Shown: one piece after another, positions 48,615 to 59,819 of the stretch
Layout of the letters: every line of letters starts with the position of its first letter
Numbering within the stretch: position 1 is the first letter of the stretch
Assembly (NCBI GenBank): GCA_913057175.1
Contig: CAJXNP010000021.1
Location: 18,869-82,868, forward strand
Direction of reading: 5' to 3'
DNA from: an uncultured Cytophagales bacterium
Lineage (GTDB): Bacteria; Bacteroidota; Bacteroidia; Cytophagales; Cyclobacteriaceae
Length of the DNA stretch: 64,000 bases
The notes under the pieces: generated by a model
The model's database searches: none
Told to the model about the DNA's origin: nothing
Seen by the model: the letters and a program-made list of their open reading frames with translations, nothing else
Position numbers and translations under genes: made by a program

Positions 48615-50873
48615 TCAAAACCAAAACCCAATATTGAGATAAGTTTTCCAATTCTTCCGGTCAATATCTTTTGCCAGGGCCACCATGATAGGGCCAAGTT
48701 TTGAATTATATCCGGCGGAAAATCCAAACCCAAACCTTCTGGTCAAATCCCCAAAAGTATTTGATTCATAATCCTTTAATAAGAATTCCATTGGAAATTC
48801 TCCATCAATATAATTGACCAGCCCCTGCAGATAGATGTCTTTAAATGGTTCATACTGGTACATCAATTGGAAATAAGAATAGCTGGTCACTGTAAATTCT
48901 TTATCATTTACACCCCAAAATCGATTAGCATGAATATACCTTGGATTAAATCCACCTACATACTGATAATCAGTAAGGTTTAATGATAGAGTATCGATAT
49001 CGGATATAACGGCCTTTGCCTGAAGCATGAATGTTGACTTGGGACTCAGTTTGAAATATTGAATGTAATTGATCATAAACTGAAAAAATCCATCCACATC
49101 AACATCCAACTCAATTGCATCAAGAGAATCCGCAAGATCATATGTCAGAGAATTATTAATGCCAAACTCATATTTTGCATTTGAAGTCAACAATGTGCCT
49201 TTCGTTGGATAAAAAGGCCTGTTAAGTGTATTTCGATTATAAAAAACACTCACTGAATGATTTCGTAATTTAACCTTTTCAATCGCTGCTAACTCAGGAT
49301 CTGCAATTTCGGGTTTTAATTTCGAAAATTCACTTGCATATCTTAGTCCAAATGTATAATTCTGGTGATTGGTCATTTGCCATTGCAAAAAATAAGTAAA
49401 ATAATCAGTCCCGAATACCCCACGCTGACTTCCATCGTCTTCATAAACCGGAAGAGGGAGATTTTCATAGTTAACGCCAAGGTTTAGTGCTGTTCTTTGT
49501 TTAATACCAAGGTATTTAAAATAGGAGGCATAAGCTCGTGGAGACTCTGCAATATCCACTTCCGTTAAAATTCGTGAGTTTTTCAATAATACATTTCTGA
49601 AAGTTAGGTTAAAGTTCGCTCCCATCCGGTTTTCGGAATCATAGTGTAAGGCTACACTCAGTTTACTTTGTAATGCTTCTTTCACATCCAGGACCAGCAG
49701 ATTACCATTTGCATTTTCATCAATTATGTAATTAATTTTTGTGAAATACCTTGTGCCATACAAAAGATCAATTCGTTTTTCAATATCATCTATTGATATT
49801 TCGGTGTCTGGTGAAATATTAAGCTTCCCAAGTATGAATTCCGAATCAATATGCTCATTCCCATTGACGATTATTTCCGAGATAAAATAACCTTCGGATT
49901 CACGAAGTTTCCGGGCAGGCTTCATTTCTTTTCCAATCAGGTATTTTTCCTTAAAGGTTTTAATAGAATCGAGCAGATCCAGAGCTGATACTTCCCCTGC
50001 TTTAACGATATCTAATCCTTCTTCAAAGCTTTGTGTATAGTATCCTTCCAAATCCGGAGTAATCAAAAAATCAACCAACTTGGATTGTTCCCGTGTATCA
50101 AAAGCACTAAAAATGAATGCTGACTGGCTCAATACCTCAATCATGTTTGTAAGCTCCTCTTTAGGGTTAAGGTCGGAACTAACAAAAACACCAATAACAA
50201 TATCTGCCCCCATATCGCGGGCTTCCTGAACGGGAAAGTTTCTTACCAATCCTCCATCAACGAGAAGCTTTCCATCAATTTCGACTGTAGTGAAAATAGA
50301 TGGAATGGCCATGCTGGCTCGCATTGCCTCGGGCAGAAACCCGTGATCAAGTATAACTTTCTCCCCCGTGCTGATATCTGAAGCTACGCAAGCAAAGGGT
50401 ATGGGGAATTCTGAAAAATCATGGATATGATGAACCGATCTGGTCAGCCTGGAAAATAGCTCATTGAGTTTTTGTCCCTCGATTAACCCCCTTGGAAGAA
50501 CGATCTTTCCCTTTTCAAGACCCAGCTCTAACAGATACCGTCCATAAAAAGGCTTTTCTTCAATAGTAATTTCACTTAAAGGTGTACTGTTTGTTAACAG
50601 ATGATCCCATTCTATATTTCTGACAACCTCCTCCATCTCATCAGGCGTATAGCCAATAGAATAAAGCCCCCCAATCAAAGCGCCCATACTTGTCCCGGTA
50701 ACATAATCCGGATAAATCCCTTGCGACTCCAACACACGGATCACTCCTATATGAGCTAAACCTTTCGCACCGCCACCACTCAAAACCAGGCCAAGCTTAG
50801 GTTTTTCGTTTTGTGCAAGACATATTGCGCTGATATTGATGAAGAGGGTAAAATAAAAGACAAACTTTTTCAT
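48615..50873 (-). CDS. patatin-like phospholipase fused to POTRA/Omp85-type outer-membrane domain
   Basis: 752 aa with a signal peptide. Patatin motifs [23 protein letters not shown] and VDGGLV. The C-terminal ~400 aa are beta-barrel-like and end in aromatic ...NIGFWF. Confidence 0.85.
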   Translation of the reverse strand: MKKFVFYFTLFINISAICLAQNEKPKLGLVLSGGGAKGLAHIGVIRVLESQGIYPDYVTGTSMGALIGGLYSIGYTPDEMEEVVRNIEWDHLLTNSTPLSEITIEEKPFYGRYLLELGLEKGKIVLPRGLIEGQKLNELFSRLTRSVHHIHDFSEFPIPFACVASDISTGEKVILDHGFLPEAMRASMAIPSIFTTVEIDGKLLVDGGLVRNFPVQEARDMGADIVIGVFVSSDLNPKEELTNMIEVLSQSAFIFSAFDTREQSKLVDFLITPDLEGYYTQSFEEGLDIVKAGEVSALDLLDSIKTFKEKYLIGKEMKPARKLRESEGYFISEIIVNGNEHIDSEFILGKLNISPDTEISIDDIEKRIDLLYGTRYFTKINYIIDENANGNLLVLDVKEALQSKLSVALHYDSENRMGANFNLTFRNVLLKNSRILTEVDIAESPRAYASYFKYLGIKQRTALNLGVNYENLPLPVYEDDGSQRGVFGTDYFTYFLQWQMTNHQNYTFGLRYASEFSKLKPEIADPELAAIEKVKLRNHSVSVFYNRNTLNRPFYPTKGTLLTSNAKYEFGINNSLTYDLADSLDAIELDVDVDGFFQFMINYIQYFKLSPKSTFMLQAKAVISDIDTLSLNLTDYQYVGGFNPRYIHANRFWGVNDKEFTVTSYSYFQLMYQYEPFKDIYLQGLVNYIDGEFPMEFLLKDYESNTFGDLTRRFGFGFSAGYNSKLGPIMVALAKDIDRKNWKTYLNIGFWF

Positions 50874-50918
50874 TTAGTATTTTGTTATTCAAACCACCAA
50901 AACAAATTAAAAAATCCT

Positions 50919-51551
50919 ATGTATAAATTTGTAATGAGTTTCCTGGTTATTTGTCAATTATTCATGACAAATTTAGCTTTGGGTCAAAATACACAAAAAG
51001 ATATGTCTGATAATCAAAAAATGGAAAAAGCTACTTTTGGCGCAGGTTGCTTTTGGTGTGTAGAAGCCATTTTCCAACGTCTGGATGGAGTTCAAAAAGT
51101 AGAATCCGGATATTCCGGTGGAAAAGTAGCTAATCCTACTTACAAGGAAGTTTGCACGGGTACAACAGGGCACGCCGAAGTGTGTCAGTTAACGTATGAC
51201 CCTTCCGAAATCTCCTTCACTGAATTGCTGGAAGTTTTCTGGCAAACACATGATCCCACGACACTAAACAGACAGGGGAATGATGTTGGCACACAATACC
51301 GGTCTGCTATCTTTTACCACGATGATGAACAGAAAAAACTCGCTCAGGAATACAAAACCAAGCTGGAAAAGGAAAAGGTTTTCGATGATCCTATTGTCAC
51401 TGAAATTGTACCGTTTAAAACATTCTATGTGGCCGAGGATTACCACCAGAATTACTTCAATGAAAACGGTAGCCAACCCTATTGTTCCATTGTGATTGCT
51501 CCAAAGGTGGAGAAATTTAAAAAGGTTTTTAAAGATAAGCTTAAAGATTAG
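50919..51551 (+). CDS. msrA: peptide-methionine (S)-S-oxide reductase MsrA with signal peptide
   Basis: Internal ATG of ORF 50811..51551 ([23 protein letters not shown]). Catalytic [10 protein letters not shown] and conserved [23 protein letters not shown]. Confidence 0.9.
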   Translation: MYKFVMSFLVICQLFMTNLALGQNTQKDMSDNQKMEKATFGAGCFWCVEAIFQRLDGVQKVESGYSGGKVANPTYKEVCTGTTGHAEVCQLTYDPSEISFTELLEVFWQTHDPTTLNRQGNDVGTQYRSAIFYHDDEQKKLAQEYKTKLEKEKVFDDPIVTEIVPFKTFYVAEDYHQNYFNENGSQPYCSIVIAPKVEKFKKVFKDKLKD

Positions 51552-51568
51552 AAATATCAGGCTTATAC

Positions 51569-52540
51569 CTACTCGAGGATAAATTCTGCAACCTTTTCGG
51601 AATAGTCTTTCTTGTATCGGGGATCCTGATAGATCTTTACATGATCAACGCTATCGTAGGTCTCCAAACGAATGTTTTGGTTAACCAATTTGTTGTACTC
51701 TTCCTCCATAATATGGTAGAAAGTAAGCTTGTCCGTATTGCCCATCAAAATAAGTAAGGGGATATTGCTTCCCTCCATCAGATAGGACATTTTCATACTA
51801 TCAGCGTATCCGTCGGTTAGTTTGTTAAATCTTTCATACCCTCTTTCTACAAGAAAACCGGGAAGCTCCATATCTCGCGCATTATATATCAATGTTTCTT
51901 TTACGTTTGTCAATGGGCTATCGAAGACCAGCTTTTCAAAAACTATTGAATGTTGACTCAATGTATCTGAGAGATCCGACCTGTTAAGCGCGGTCATGAT
52001 CGCCATGGCGCCCATGGAAAAGCCGTATAAAATAAAGGTATCCTGTTTCATTTCCTGATGGAGAAATAGCAGGTAAGTAGTGAGGTCTTCAGCAAATTTA
52101 TATCCCATCATCGTTTTGGATGGTTCTGATTTTCCGGAATTCCTTAGATCGGGAATGCAAATGTTATATAGCGAATCAATTCCATAATCCCGAAATAATT
52201 CAAGGTATTTCATGGTTTTCAGGCGATTGGAGGTACGCCCATGAACGAGAACAATGCACTTTGAAGAAGATGCCGTAGGAAGATACCATGTGTTCAGCTT
52301 TTTCTGATCATATAATGAAGAAATATTGAATTCATCATAGTTTTCAAATCCATAATCAGCTGGTGACACACGATTTTCAATTCCATAATTGATCCGCATA
52401 CTATCATCTTCCAATACTCTGCTGAATGTATATGGATCGTAATTCACGATCATACTGGAAATTTTAATTGGGATTACATAGAACAGGATTAACAAGATTA
52501 CAACCAGGATGGAAGTAATAATAATGGCTCTTTTTCGCAT
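51569..52540 (-). CDS. alpha/beta hydrolase with N-terminal membrane anchor
   Basis: 323 aa. TM anchor (AIIITSILVVILLILFYVI). Nucleophile elbow GFSMGA. Confidence 0.75.
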   Translation of the reverse strand: MRKRAIIITSILVVILLILFYVIPIKISSMIVNYDPYTFSRVLEDDSMRINYGIENRVSPADYGFENYDEFNISSLYDQKKLNTWYLPTASSSKCIVLVHGRTSNRLKTMKYLELFRDYGIDSLYNICIPDLRNSGKSEPSKTMMGYKFAEDLTTYLLFLHQEMKQDTFILYGFSMGAMAIMTALNRSDLSDTLSQHSIVFEKLVFDSPLTNVKETLIYNARDMELPGFLVERGYERFNKLTDGYADSMKMSYLMEGSNIPLLILMGNTDKLTFYHIMEEEYNKLVNQNIRLETYDSVDHVKIYQDPRYKKDYSEKVAEFILE

Positions 52541-52869
52541 AGGTAGGATTGCTTAGGTAATCTGTTTTGAAATTAAATAATTGATTTCACAATATCATCG
52601 ATGAAACAATAAAATAACTTTTTCATGATTTTACTCTCATCCCTTATATAGCTCACTCAAATGGAAAGAGTATAACTATATGATTATCAATTGTTTGGAA
52701 TCAATAGTGGTATGATATTATAAGTTGAGACCTTTATGATGGAAAAAACTCATCTATACCTCAACACCAAATCGTTAGTACAATAGAAGCTTGGTAAGGA
52801 TATGAGGATAATTAAAAAGCTTTAAGATTAACAAAGATTTCATGGTTGGTTAGGTTGTTTGGTTAATGA

Positions 52870-52905
52870 GGCGAAGGGGCCACCCTTCGCCTTGATTATT
52901 TTTGA
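52870..52905 (+). terminator. orphan intrinsic terminator-like hairpin
   Basis: GGCGAAGGG-GCCA-CCCTTCGCC perfect 9-bp GC-rich stem (52870-52891), followed by TTGATTATTTTTG. There is no ORF of 60 aa or more upstream on this strand. Confidence 0.5.
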
Positions 52906-53007
52906 ATTCTCAGGGTTTTTTCATCTAAAATAAAAGAGAATTTCCACGAAAGATCAACAAGGTTTACCCGATAGGGGAATAACAAATGGATTCAGTATCG
53001 ACTTTAA

Positions 53008-53988
53008 CTATTTCTTGTAAAGTGAACGAGGTGGGACGGCAAAAAGAGAAAAATTGACAAATGGTGTGAACTGATGGTTAAAATCGTGAACGTTAAATCG
53101 CGAAGCTTTTCCTGGCTCAACTAATACGGAATTGATCGGTTGAGTGATTCCCACATCCATTCCAACCCAAATAAAATCTTTGATTTCTTTTTCAAGTCCT
53201 AATTTTAGATCAACAGCGCTTCTCCTGTACTCGATATTTGAGAATTCGTCAATCGGATTATTCAGAAAATAGGCAGCGGCATTTCCTTCAATTGTGCCTT
53301 TCAGATAAAAGTTATCAGGAATGATAGCGTGAGTTAAAGTCAATTCTTTTGGCAATTTCATTTTTAGATGCCATTTTTCGCTCAATTGATTTTCATAGAT
53401 TAAAAGCGGAGCAATTCTAAAACGTCCAAAGCTATTGCCAAGCAATACTCCAATCCCAAAGTTCTTTTCTCCATTTTTCATCCCCCATACAAATGAGCTA
53501 TTGTAATCGAGAATGGATGACATTCTTTCGAATTTATATTCATCAGATTTAAAAGACCCGCTGGCATGGCCTGCGATGTATTTGGAATCCTGGTAAAACC
53601 ACTGATAGGCCAGGGTAAACCCCGCATTATTGAGTTTTATTTTTCGTTCGTAAAAATCATTTTCTCCCAGGTTTAATATTTCATTTTTATAACGCAACTG
53701 CCCGATCAACCGGAAGTTGTCCTTCATAACAAAAGGAATACTCAATTTCATTTCAAGCAGCCTGTTGGATTCAAATTCCTCATCTCCACTAAGATATTCC
53801 GCCGGATAAGCATTAATTGAAGGAAGTGTCCGATAGCTGATTTCAAAAAATTTGGGACGTTGAAAACAACCGATATCATGATATTCAGAATCACCATCTG
53901 ACGACAGGCTATCCGGTTGCACGGTTTTAGCACACACAAAAAATGGCGCTACTATCAATACCCATAAAACAATTCTTGCAATGATCAT
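53008..53988 (-). CDS. hypothetical secreted / outer-membrane protein
   Basis: 326 aa with a signal peptide (IVLWVLIVAPFFVCAKT). Alternating beta-strand-like composition. No motif recognised. Confidence 0.55.
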   Translation of the reverse strand: MIIARIVLWVLIVAPFFVCAKTVQPDSLSSDGDSEYHDIGCFQRPKFFEISYRTLPSINAYPAEYLSGDEEFESNRLLEMKLSIPFVMKDNFRLIGQLRYKNEILNLGENDFYERKIKLNNAGFTLAYQWFYQDSKYIAGHASGSFKSDEYKFERMSSILDYNSSFVWGMKNGEKNFGIGVLLGNSFGRFRIAPLLIYENQLSEKWHLKMKLPKELTLTHAIIPDNFYLKGTIEGNAAAYFLNNPIDEFSNIEYRRSAVDLKLGLEKEIKDFIWVGMDVGITQPINSVLVEPGKASRFNVHDFNHQFTPFVNFSLFAVPPRSLYKK

Positions 53989-54130
53989 TTTAAATCTATA
54001 AGCAAACTTTTAACTCTGGAAAAATCGGATTGTTTGAACGTTATAATTTGAAGTGTATATAAATATCCGCAAATAACCGGATTATTTCAAAAAATTCTGT
54101 CAGAAACATTTTATGATTAGATGAAATCCG

Positions 54131-54436
54131 TCAACTATTCGATGAATAATGAACCAGTAGTTCTTCACTTATTTCTTCCCACTCCTTCTCCAGGCTCACA
54201 GCGGGCATATGCCTGCCTGCTTTATTGTACCAGTAGTTGGCATTCCAGTTGTCTCCTTCCTTACGATGTAAATAAGCATGGATCCAGCTACCTGTATCAT
54301 TGGGGATATCCTGTGCAATCTGGTGAGCTTTGTTCCAGTTTCCCATCGCATCTTCAAACATCGCCTCGAGGTATCGATTGAGCCCTTTTGGTTTTTCTTT
54401 CTGCTGAACAAAGTCTTTAAATTCATTAATATCCAT
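54131..54436 (-). CDS. hypothetical protein
   Basis: 101-aa ORF ending 3 nt after the upstream gene's stop, so likely co-transcribed with 54439..55023. Several overlapping antisense ORFs in the track were disregarded. Confidence 0.5.
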   Translation of the reverse strand: MDINEFKDFVQQKEKPKGLNRYLEAMFEDAMGNWNKAHQIAQDIPNDTGSWIHAYLHRKEGDNWNANYWYNKAGRHMPAVSLEKEWEEISEELLVHYSSNS

Positions 54437-54438
54437 AT

Positions 54439-55023
54439 TTACAGATTTAGTGCTTTCCTGATCAGGTACGTTGATTTCTCATCCAATTTCAGCTTTAAAG
54501 CTTCACTTTTTGCTTTTTCAGACATTTTTGCCCAGGTCTTTTGAACAATGCTCAACACCTTCTCTTCATCGTGCTCTTCCGCAAAATCATAAAAATAATT
54601 TTCCAGAAATACCAGGCAAACCACGTCTTCCAACGTTTGTGTTTCTTCGTCTTTCCTTAGCTGCTTTTTCTGTACCAAAAATTTCACCCTTTCAATAACG
54701 TCTTTCGAATAACCGATTTGAGACAGAGTCTTTTCAGCAATTTCGGCATGATGTTCTTTTAGTTTGTTTCTCCATTTTAAATACCCCACCCTATCCTTCG
54801 GATAGCTATCCCGTGGTATTTCCCAACGACCGATATGTTGACATCGTATGGCCAAACGAAGCGCCTCTGTCGCATCCGGTTGAAAATCTACTAATTTCCT
54901 GCTCATCCGCTGTGCATAGAGCAATTCTTTGGGGAAAATTTTATCACCCGCCTTTTCCGTATTGGGATCTTTTTGATTGTACTGATCAAAGGCTTCAATG
55001 GCTTTTTCAAAAAGTGCTGACAT
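54439..55023 (-). CDS. DUF4202-like protein
   Basis: 194 aa. PKELLYAQRMSRKL...LAIRCQHIGRWEIPRDSYP...YLKWRNKLKEHHA...LEDVVCLVFLE matches my memory of the DUF4202 family. Confidence 0.6.
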   Translation of the reverse strand: MSALFEKAIEAFDQYNQKDPNTEKAGDKIFPKELLYAQRMSRKLVDFQPDATEALRLAIRCQHIGRWEIPRDSYPKDRVGYLKWRNKLKEHHAEIAEKTLSQIGYSKDVIERVKFLVQKKQLRKDEETQTLEDVVCLVFLENYFYDFAEEHDEEKVLSIVQKTWAKMSEKAKSEALKLKLDEKSTYLIRKALNL

Positions 55024-55119
55024 ATCCGGAAGATTATTTTGGTCTAATTAAACATATTTCGTATTTAATATCTACTATTTCTGGAGTAGTAATTAATTTT
55101 ATCAAAATAAAATTGACTT

Positions 55120-56130
55120 ATGCGTACAATGCCCGCTGAATGGGAGCCTCAATCCGGGGTCTTGCTTGCCTGGCCACACGAAAAAACCGATTGGTCGGAA
55201 AATCTACTGGAAACAGAGCAGTGTTACCGCAAAATCATTGGAGCGATTTCTGAGCGGGAAAAAGTATTCCTTCTTACCCATGATGTAGATGCTACCAGAA
55301 AAAAACTGGATGATCTCAATCTGGACAATATTCTCCTGATCAATGCTGATTACGACGATACCTGGGCCCGGGATTTTGGTCCCATTACTGTGACGGAAAA
55401 TGGCGAGATCATTTTGCTGGATTTTAAATTCAATGGGTGGGGAGAAAAATTTGATGCCCAAAAGGACAATCGGATCAACAAAGCCCTCCAGCAAACACTA
55501 TTCAAAGGCGTAAAAACAGAAGATCATAATCAATTTGTACTGGAAGGCGGAAGCATTGAATCGGATGGGAAAGGCACCATCCTTACCACCTCCCATTGCC
55601 TGATTGCAGAAAACCGGAATCAACCTAAAACCCGCGAAGAAATCCAGAATTACTTGCTGAAATCGCTCGGTGCGGAAAGGATCATTTGGCTGGAATATGG
55701 CTGGCTGGAAGGCGACGATACGGATGGTCATATCGATACCCTGGCAAGATTTTGCAATGAAACAACCATTGCCTATGTAAAATGTGACGATCACAAAGAT
55801 TCACATTATCATGATCTGCGCGATATGGAAAATGAATTGAAAGAACTGGTAGATCTGAACGGCAGGCCATATCAGCTTATACCCTTACCGATGCCTAGTC
55901 CGGTTTATGCACCCGATGGAAGAAGGTTACCCTCCACTTATGCGAATTTTCTTATCATTAATGGCGCCGTCTTAATGCCGGTTTACAACTGTGAACAAGA
56001 TGATCTTGCCCTTCAACAGATGGTTTCGGCATTTCCGGACCACGATATAATCGGAATAAATTGTTTACCCTTAATTTTGCAACACGGATCACTGCATTGC
56101 GTAACGATGCACTTACCGAAAGGAATTTGA
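55120..56130 (+). CDS. aguA: agmatine deiminase
   Basis: 336 aa. N-terminal MPAEWEPQ...LLAWPH, DTWARDFGP, DGHIDTLARF, and C-terminal catalytic GSLHCVTM. Confidence 0.9.
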   Translation: MRTMPAEWEPQSGVLLAWPHEKTDWSENLLETEQCYRKIIGAISEREKVFLLTHDVDATRKKLDDLNLDNILLINADYDDTWARDFGPITVTENGEIILLDFKFNGWGEKFDAQKDNRINKALQQTLFKGVKTEDHNQFVLEGGSIESDGKGTILTTSHCLIAENRNQPKTREEIQNYLLKSLGAERIIWLEYGWLEGDDTDGHIDTLARFCNETTIAYVKCDDHKDSHYHDLRDMENELKELVDLNGRPYQLIPLPMPSPVYAPDGRRLPSTYANFLIINGAVLMPVYNCEQDDLALQQMVSAFPDHDIIGINCLPLILQHGSLHCVTMHLPKGI

Positions 56131-56135
56131 TCATT

Positions 56136-57020
56136 ATGAATAAAATTAAAATAGGCCTCATCCAGCAATCCAATAAAGGAGATATTCAACAAAATATTGA
56201 GAAATTAAAAAATAATATTCGATCCTGCTCTGAACAGGGAGCACAACTTGTCGTGTTACAAGAACTTCATAACAGCCTTTATTTTTGTCAAACAGAAGAA
56301 ACCGATTTGTTTGATCTGGCGGAAACTATTCCTGGACCTTCAACGGAATTATTCGGTTCATTAGCCAGGGAGTTAGGAATCGTATTGGTCACTTCCCTGT
56401 TCGAAAAAAGAACCAAGGGAATGTACCACAATACAGCGGTAGTATTTGAGAAGGATGGAAGTATTGCAGGTATTTACCGTAAAATGCACATTCCGGACGA
56501 TCCGGCCTATTACGAAAAATTTTACTTTACACCAGGAGATAAAGGATTTGAACCTATTCAAACTTCGGTCGGCAAATTGGGTGTACTCGTGTGTTGGGAT
56601 CAGTGGTTTCCGGAGGCTGCCAGAATTATGTCGCTAAAAGGAGCTGAGTTGTTGATCTACCCAACCGCTATCGGATGGGAATCAACCGATTCAGATGAAG
56701 AGAAAAACAGACAAAAAGATGCCTGGATTACATCACAGCGAGGTCACGCAGTTGCAAACGGTCTTCATGTCGTTTCTGTCAACCGGGTAGGACATGAACC
56801 CGACCCTTCCGGTACGACAAATGGGATCTCATTCTGGGGTAACAGCTTTGTTGCGGGTCCTCAGGGAGAGGTGATTGAGTTGTGTTCCGATGATAAGGAA
56901 GAAATCAAAATACTGGAAATTGATCTGGATCGGACCGAGCAAGTCAGAAGGATATGGCCCTTTTTCAGGGATCGAAGGATCGACGCCTTTGAAGATCTGT
57001 TGAAAAGATATGCTGATTAA
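56136..57020 (+). CDS. aguB: N-carbamoylputrescine amidase (carbon-nitrogen hydrolase)
   Basis: Internal ATG of ORF 56061..57020 (MNKIKIGLIQQ). CN-hydrolase triad contexts VLQELH (Glu), YRKMHIPD (Lys) and VLVCWDQWFPE (Cys). Adjacent to aguA. Confidence 0.88.
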   Translation: MNKIKIGLIQQSNKGDIQQNIEKLKNNIRSCSEQGAQLVVLQELHNSLYFCQTEETDLFDLAETIPGPSTELFGSLARELGIVLVTSLFEKRTKGMYHNTAVVFEKDGSIAGIYRKMHIPDDPAYYEKFYFTPGDKGFEPIQTSVGKLGVLVCWDQWFPEAARIMSLKGAELLIYPTAIGWESTDSDEEKNRQKDAWITSQRGHAVANGLHVVSVNRVGHEPDPSGTTNGISFWGNSFVAGPQGEVIELCSDDKEEIKILEIDLDRTEQVRRIWPFFRDRRIDAFEDLLKRYAD

Positions 57021-57044
57021 AATGAGGAGAGTTTTCGAGGAAAA

Positions 57045-57716
57045 TTACTCGTTATAGCTCCAATATTTCCTGTTTTTCTCCAATTTATCAAACAGGTCTA
57101 GGATGACACTCTCCACAACATTATTGATGGTGCATTGCCACGAACCTTCGTTGCAAGACAATTGACCTCCAGGATTGTTTGCATTTACCGTATAGGTCTT
57201 ATCGAGAAAAATGCGATTGGAAATAGAATTATAAAGCACCACATGGGCAATCATGACTTTACCAGCATCTGTATATTTCATTTCAATAAGAACCGGGTTA
57301 ACCACCCAATCTGCTCTAAATGTGGTTGATATCTGCTTAAGTGATGCATGATCCGGCCGGGAAGTTTTCTTAATTGGATAGATCAACAAATTATCGTGAT
57401 AGTCATAAACTTTGTATGTCAGGTTGCTGGAGACATAAAAAGGAAGGGCACTAAAGAAATCCTGCTTTTGGATAAATTCCAATTCTTTGGTCCGGATAAT
57501 TTTCCAGTTTTCTGCCAGGTTTTCCTGCACATAATTTTTTCTGATCTCATCAGTAATAACCGTTTCTTTCTCATATCCCTTCAACCCGGTCAATATTGAA
57601 TCTTCAGCCACAATTTCGTGAGGGTACATTATGACAACAGTCGGACTAAAACGATTTTGGCCAAACGAACTCAATGTAGCCACCAGAAGTGTTACCGCTA
57701 AAAAAAGCTTTTTCAA
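57045..57716 (-). CDS. hypothetical secreted protein
   Basis: 223 aa with a TTG start giving a textbook signal peptide, MKKLFLAVTLLVATLSSFGQ. Confidence 0.55.
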   Translation of the reverse strand: MKKLFLAVTLLVATLSSFGQNRFSPTVVIMYPHEIVAEDSILTGLKGYEKETVITDEIRKNYVQENLAENWKIIRTKELEFIQKQDFFSALPFYVSSNLTYKVYDYHDNLLIYPIKKTSRPDHASLKQISTTFRADWVVNPVLIEMKYTDAGKVMIAHVVLYNSISNRIFLDKTYTVNANNPGGQLSCNEGSWQCTINNVVESVILDLFDKLEKNRKYWSYNE

Positions 57717-57841
57717 GGAGAAACATTCAAAATTAAAAAAAGCAAAGGTATTTAAATGCGATAAACAAGAGCCAGACTTGTAGGATAATAGTGATTTTAG
57801 TCTAAAAAACTTTTCAATTCACAGCCAAACAAATTGGGATT

Positions 57842-59446
57842 TTAGTTGTCTGAGGGAAGAAACTTTGGAACTCGCCGATGTTTTGTAGCCGCTTCATAAG
57901 CATAGGCAATTTCGATGAGAACAGGTTCACTCCATGCTCTTCCAAAAAAAGAAATACCTACCGGCAATTCATCAATAAATCCCATGGGAACAGAAATATT
58001 CGGATATCCCGCAAGCGCTGCCGGTGTCGAAGTTCCTATATGATAATTATCTCCATTGACATGGTCTGTCACCCAGGCAGGGCTTCCGGTTGGAGCGATG
58101 ATGGCGTCGAGATCATGTTCATCCATTACCCGATCGACACCCTGTTCGCGGCTTCCCCTCAGCATTTTCTCCAATGTATTTTTATAATCCTCAGATGTAA
58201 GGTCATCCTTTTCCAAAGCCATTTCCAGGTATTTCTGATTGTGATACTTCAATTCAATGGAATCAGCCAGGTTAAAAGCAATCAAATCTTCAATACCTTT
58301 TAACGATGCATTTTCACCCAAAGACTCAAAATACTTATTCAAACCATCCTTGTATTCGTAGAGAAGAATCTGGAAGGAAGAGTTTTCCGTTTCTTCCGTC
58401 AGAATTTCATCAATCTCGATGATCTCCACACCCTGGCTTTTCAGGAAATCCACAGATGTATTCATAACCGAATCAACTTTATAACTGATGCCAAATGGTT
58501 GGGTGAATAATCCAATTCTTTTTCCCCTTAATCCATCTTCATTCAGAAACTGAGTATAGTCTGAATAATAATTTCCCCGGCTAGCCAAGGTCTTTTCGTC
58601 TGTAGAATCTACTCCTACCAAAGCTCCGAGACAAATGGCGGCATCCTTCACCGTTCGAGCCATTGGTCCAGGTGTGTCCTGGGTAAATGAGATCGGTATG
58701 ATTCCCGAGCGACTTATCAAGCCAACAGTAGGTTTGATCCCCACTACACCATTGCTTGTAGCTGGGCACACTATTGATCCATTTGTCTCCGTTCCAATAG
58801 CCAGAACGGTAAAATTAGCGGATACAGCTGCTCCGGAACCAGAACTGGAACCACAAGGATTTCTGGTCAGAACGTAAGGATTTTTGGTCTGGCCTCCTAC
58901 TCCACTCCAACCACTTGACGACATTTCTCCACGAAAGTTCGCCCATTCACTGAGATTTGCTTTCCCCAGGATTACTGCGCCGGCTTCCCTCAGTTTCTTA
59001 GCTACAAAAGAGTCCTGAAGCGGGTAGGAATCGATCAATGCCCTTGAACCTGCAGTAGTAGCCATCTTATCATGTGTATCGATATTGTCTTTCAGCAAAA
59101 CGGGAATCCCGTGGAGAGGCCCTCTTATTTTTCCGGCATTCATTTCAGCATCTAATTCTTCGGCTATAATCAGTGCATCAGGATTCACTTGAAGGACAGA
59201 ATTGAGTTGTGGCCCATTTTGGTCTATTTTTTCAATGCGTTCGATATAAGCCTGAGTGAGCTCTTTGATGGTAAAATCGCCGTTTTCAAACCCTTGTCGT
59301 ATTTCTGTAATATCAATCTCCTCAAACCGAAAAGGTTGATCAGAAAAGGTTTGAACCTGTGCCGAGTGACAGGAAATGAAAAGTACAACCAGTACAATAC
59401 AATGAATGATTTTGAAAAAATAAGTCGATTTAAGGTGTTTATTCAT
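57842..59446 (-). CDS. amidase-signature family amidase, secreted
   Basis: ATG at 59446 (MNKHLKSTYFFKIIHCIVLVVLFISC). AS-family Gly/Ser-rich block NPCGSSSGSGAAVSA and upstream KDNIDT. Confidence 0.85.
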   Translation of the reverse strand: MNKHLKSTYFFKIIHCIVLVVLFISCHSAQVQTFSDQPFRFEEIDITEIRQGFENGDFTIKELTQAYIERIEKIDQNGPQLNSVLQVNPDALIIAEELDAEMNAGKIRGPLHGIPVLLKDNIDTHDKMATTAGSRALIDSYPLQDSFVAKKLREAGAVILGKANLSEWANFRGEMSSSGWSGVGGQTKNPYVLTRNPCGSSSGSGAAVSANFTVLAIGTETNGSIVCPATSNGVVGIKPTVGLISRSGIIPISFTQDTPGPMARTVKDAAICLGALVGVDSTDEKTLASRGNYYSDYTQFLNEDGLRGKRIGLFTQPFGISYKVDSVMNTSVDFLKSQGVEIIEIDEILTEETENSSFQILLYEYKDGLNKYFESLGENASLKGIEDLIAFNLADSIELKYHNQKYLEMALEKDDLTSEDYKNTLEKMLRGSREQGVDRVMDEHDLDAIIAPTGSPAWVTDHVNGDNYHIGTSTPAALAGYPNISVPMGFIDELPVGISFFGRAWSEPVLIEIAYAYEAATKHRRVPKFLPSDN

Positions 59447-59676
59447 GACCAAAGTGAATATTAAAAAAAGGTGTTTTCTTATTGCATTGAATATAAAAAG
59501 GAATCACTAATTTTCAGATTGTATTGGATAAAGTTTATTAAGAATGAGCTTGAAAGTGATCGGGTTCTTGAAAAATTACCCAGGCGAAAGGATAAAGATA
59601 ACCTTTACTTTGATCTAAAATTACACATTTCATAAATCTTAATTTTAATTCTTCTCGATCTTTACCTCAAAAATAG

Positions 59677-59709
59677 TTTGGAATTAATGTGACTTTTCAC
59701 TTACATTTG
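59677..59709 (+). promoter_or_regulatory. canonical Bacteroidota promoter: TTTG (-33), 21 nt, TACATTTG (-7)
   Basis: TTTG at 59677-59680 and TACATTTG at 59702-59709 (exact TAnnTTTG). The 21-nt spacing is within the known range. Confidence 0.55.
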
Positions 59710-59717
59710 CATCCAAT

Positions 59718-59795
59718 ATGAAAACTAGGAAAGTAAATAAGAAAATTGATCTGCTAAAAGCGATGGCCCTGTGGCCAATAATGCCTGGACTTTAA
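59718..59795 (+). other. 25-codon ORF (MKTRKVNKKIDLLKAMALWPIMPGL) inside the predicted short transcript; coding status unknown
   Basis: The ATG lies 9 nt after the -7 box, so the mRNA would be leaderless or nearly so. The stop is at 59793-59795, 25 nt before the terminator. Confidence 0.25.
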
Positions 59796-59819
59796 AATAT
59801 TAAAAAATATAAATATGAG

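Noticed and set aside
48491-48733. 80-aa minus-strand ORF bridging the SulP start and the patatin gene end
   Set aside because: It overlaps the 3-prime end of the well-supported patatin-Omp85 gene in another frame, and no support for it was seen.
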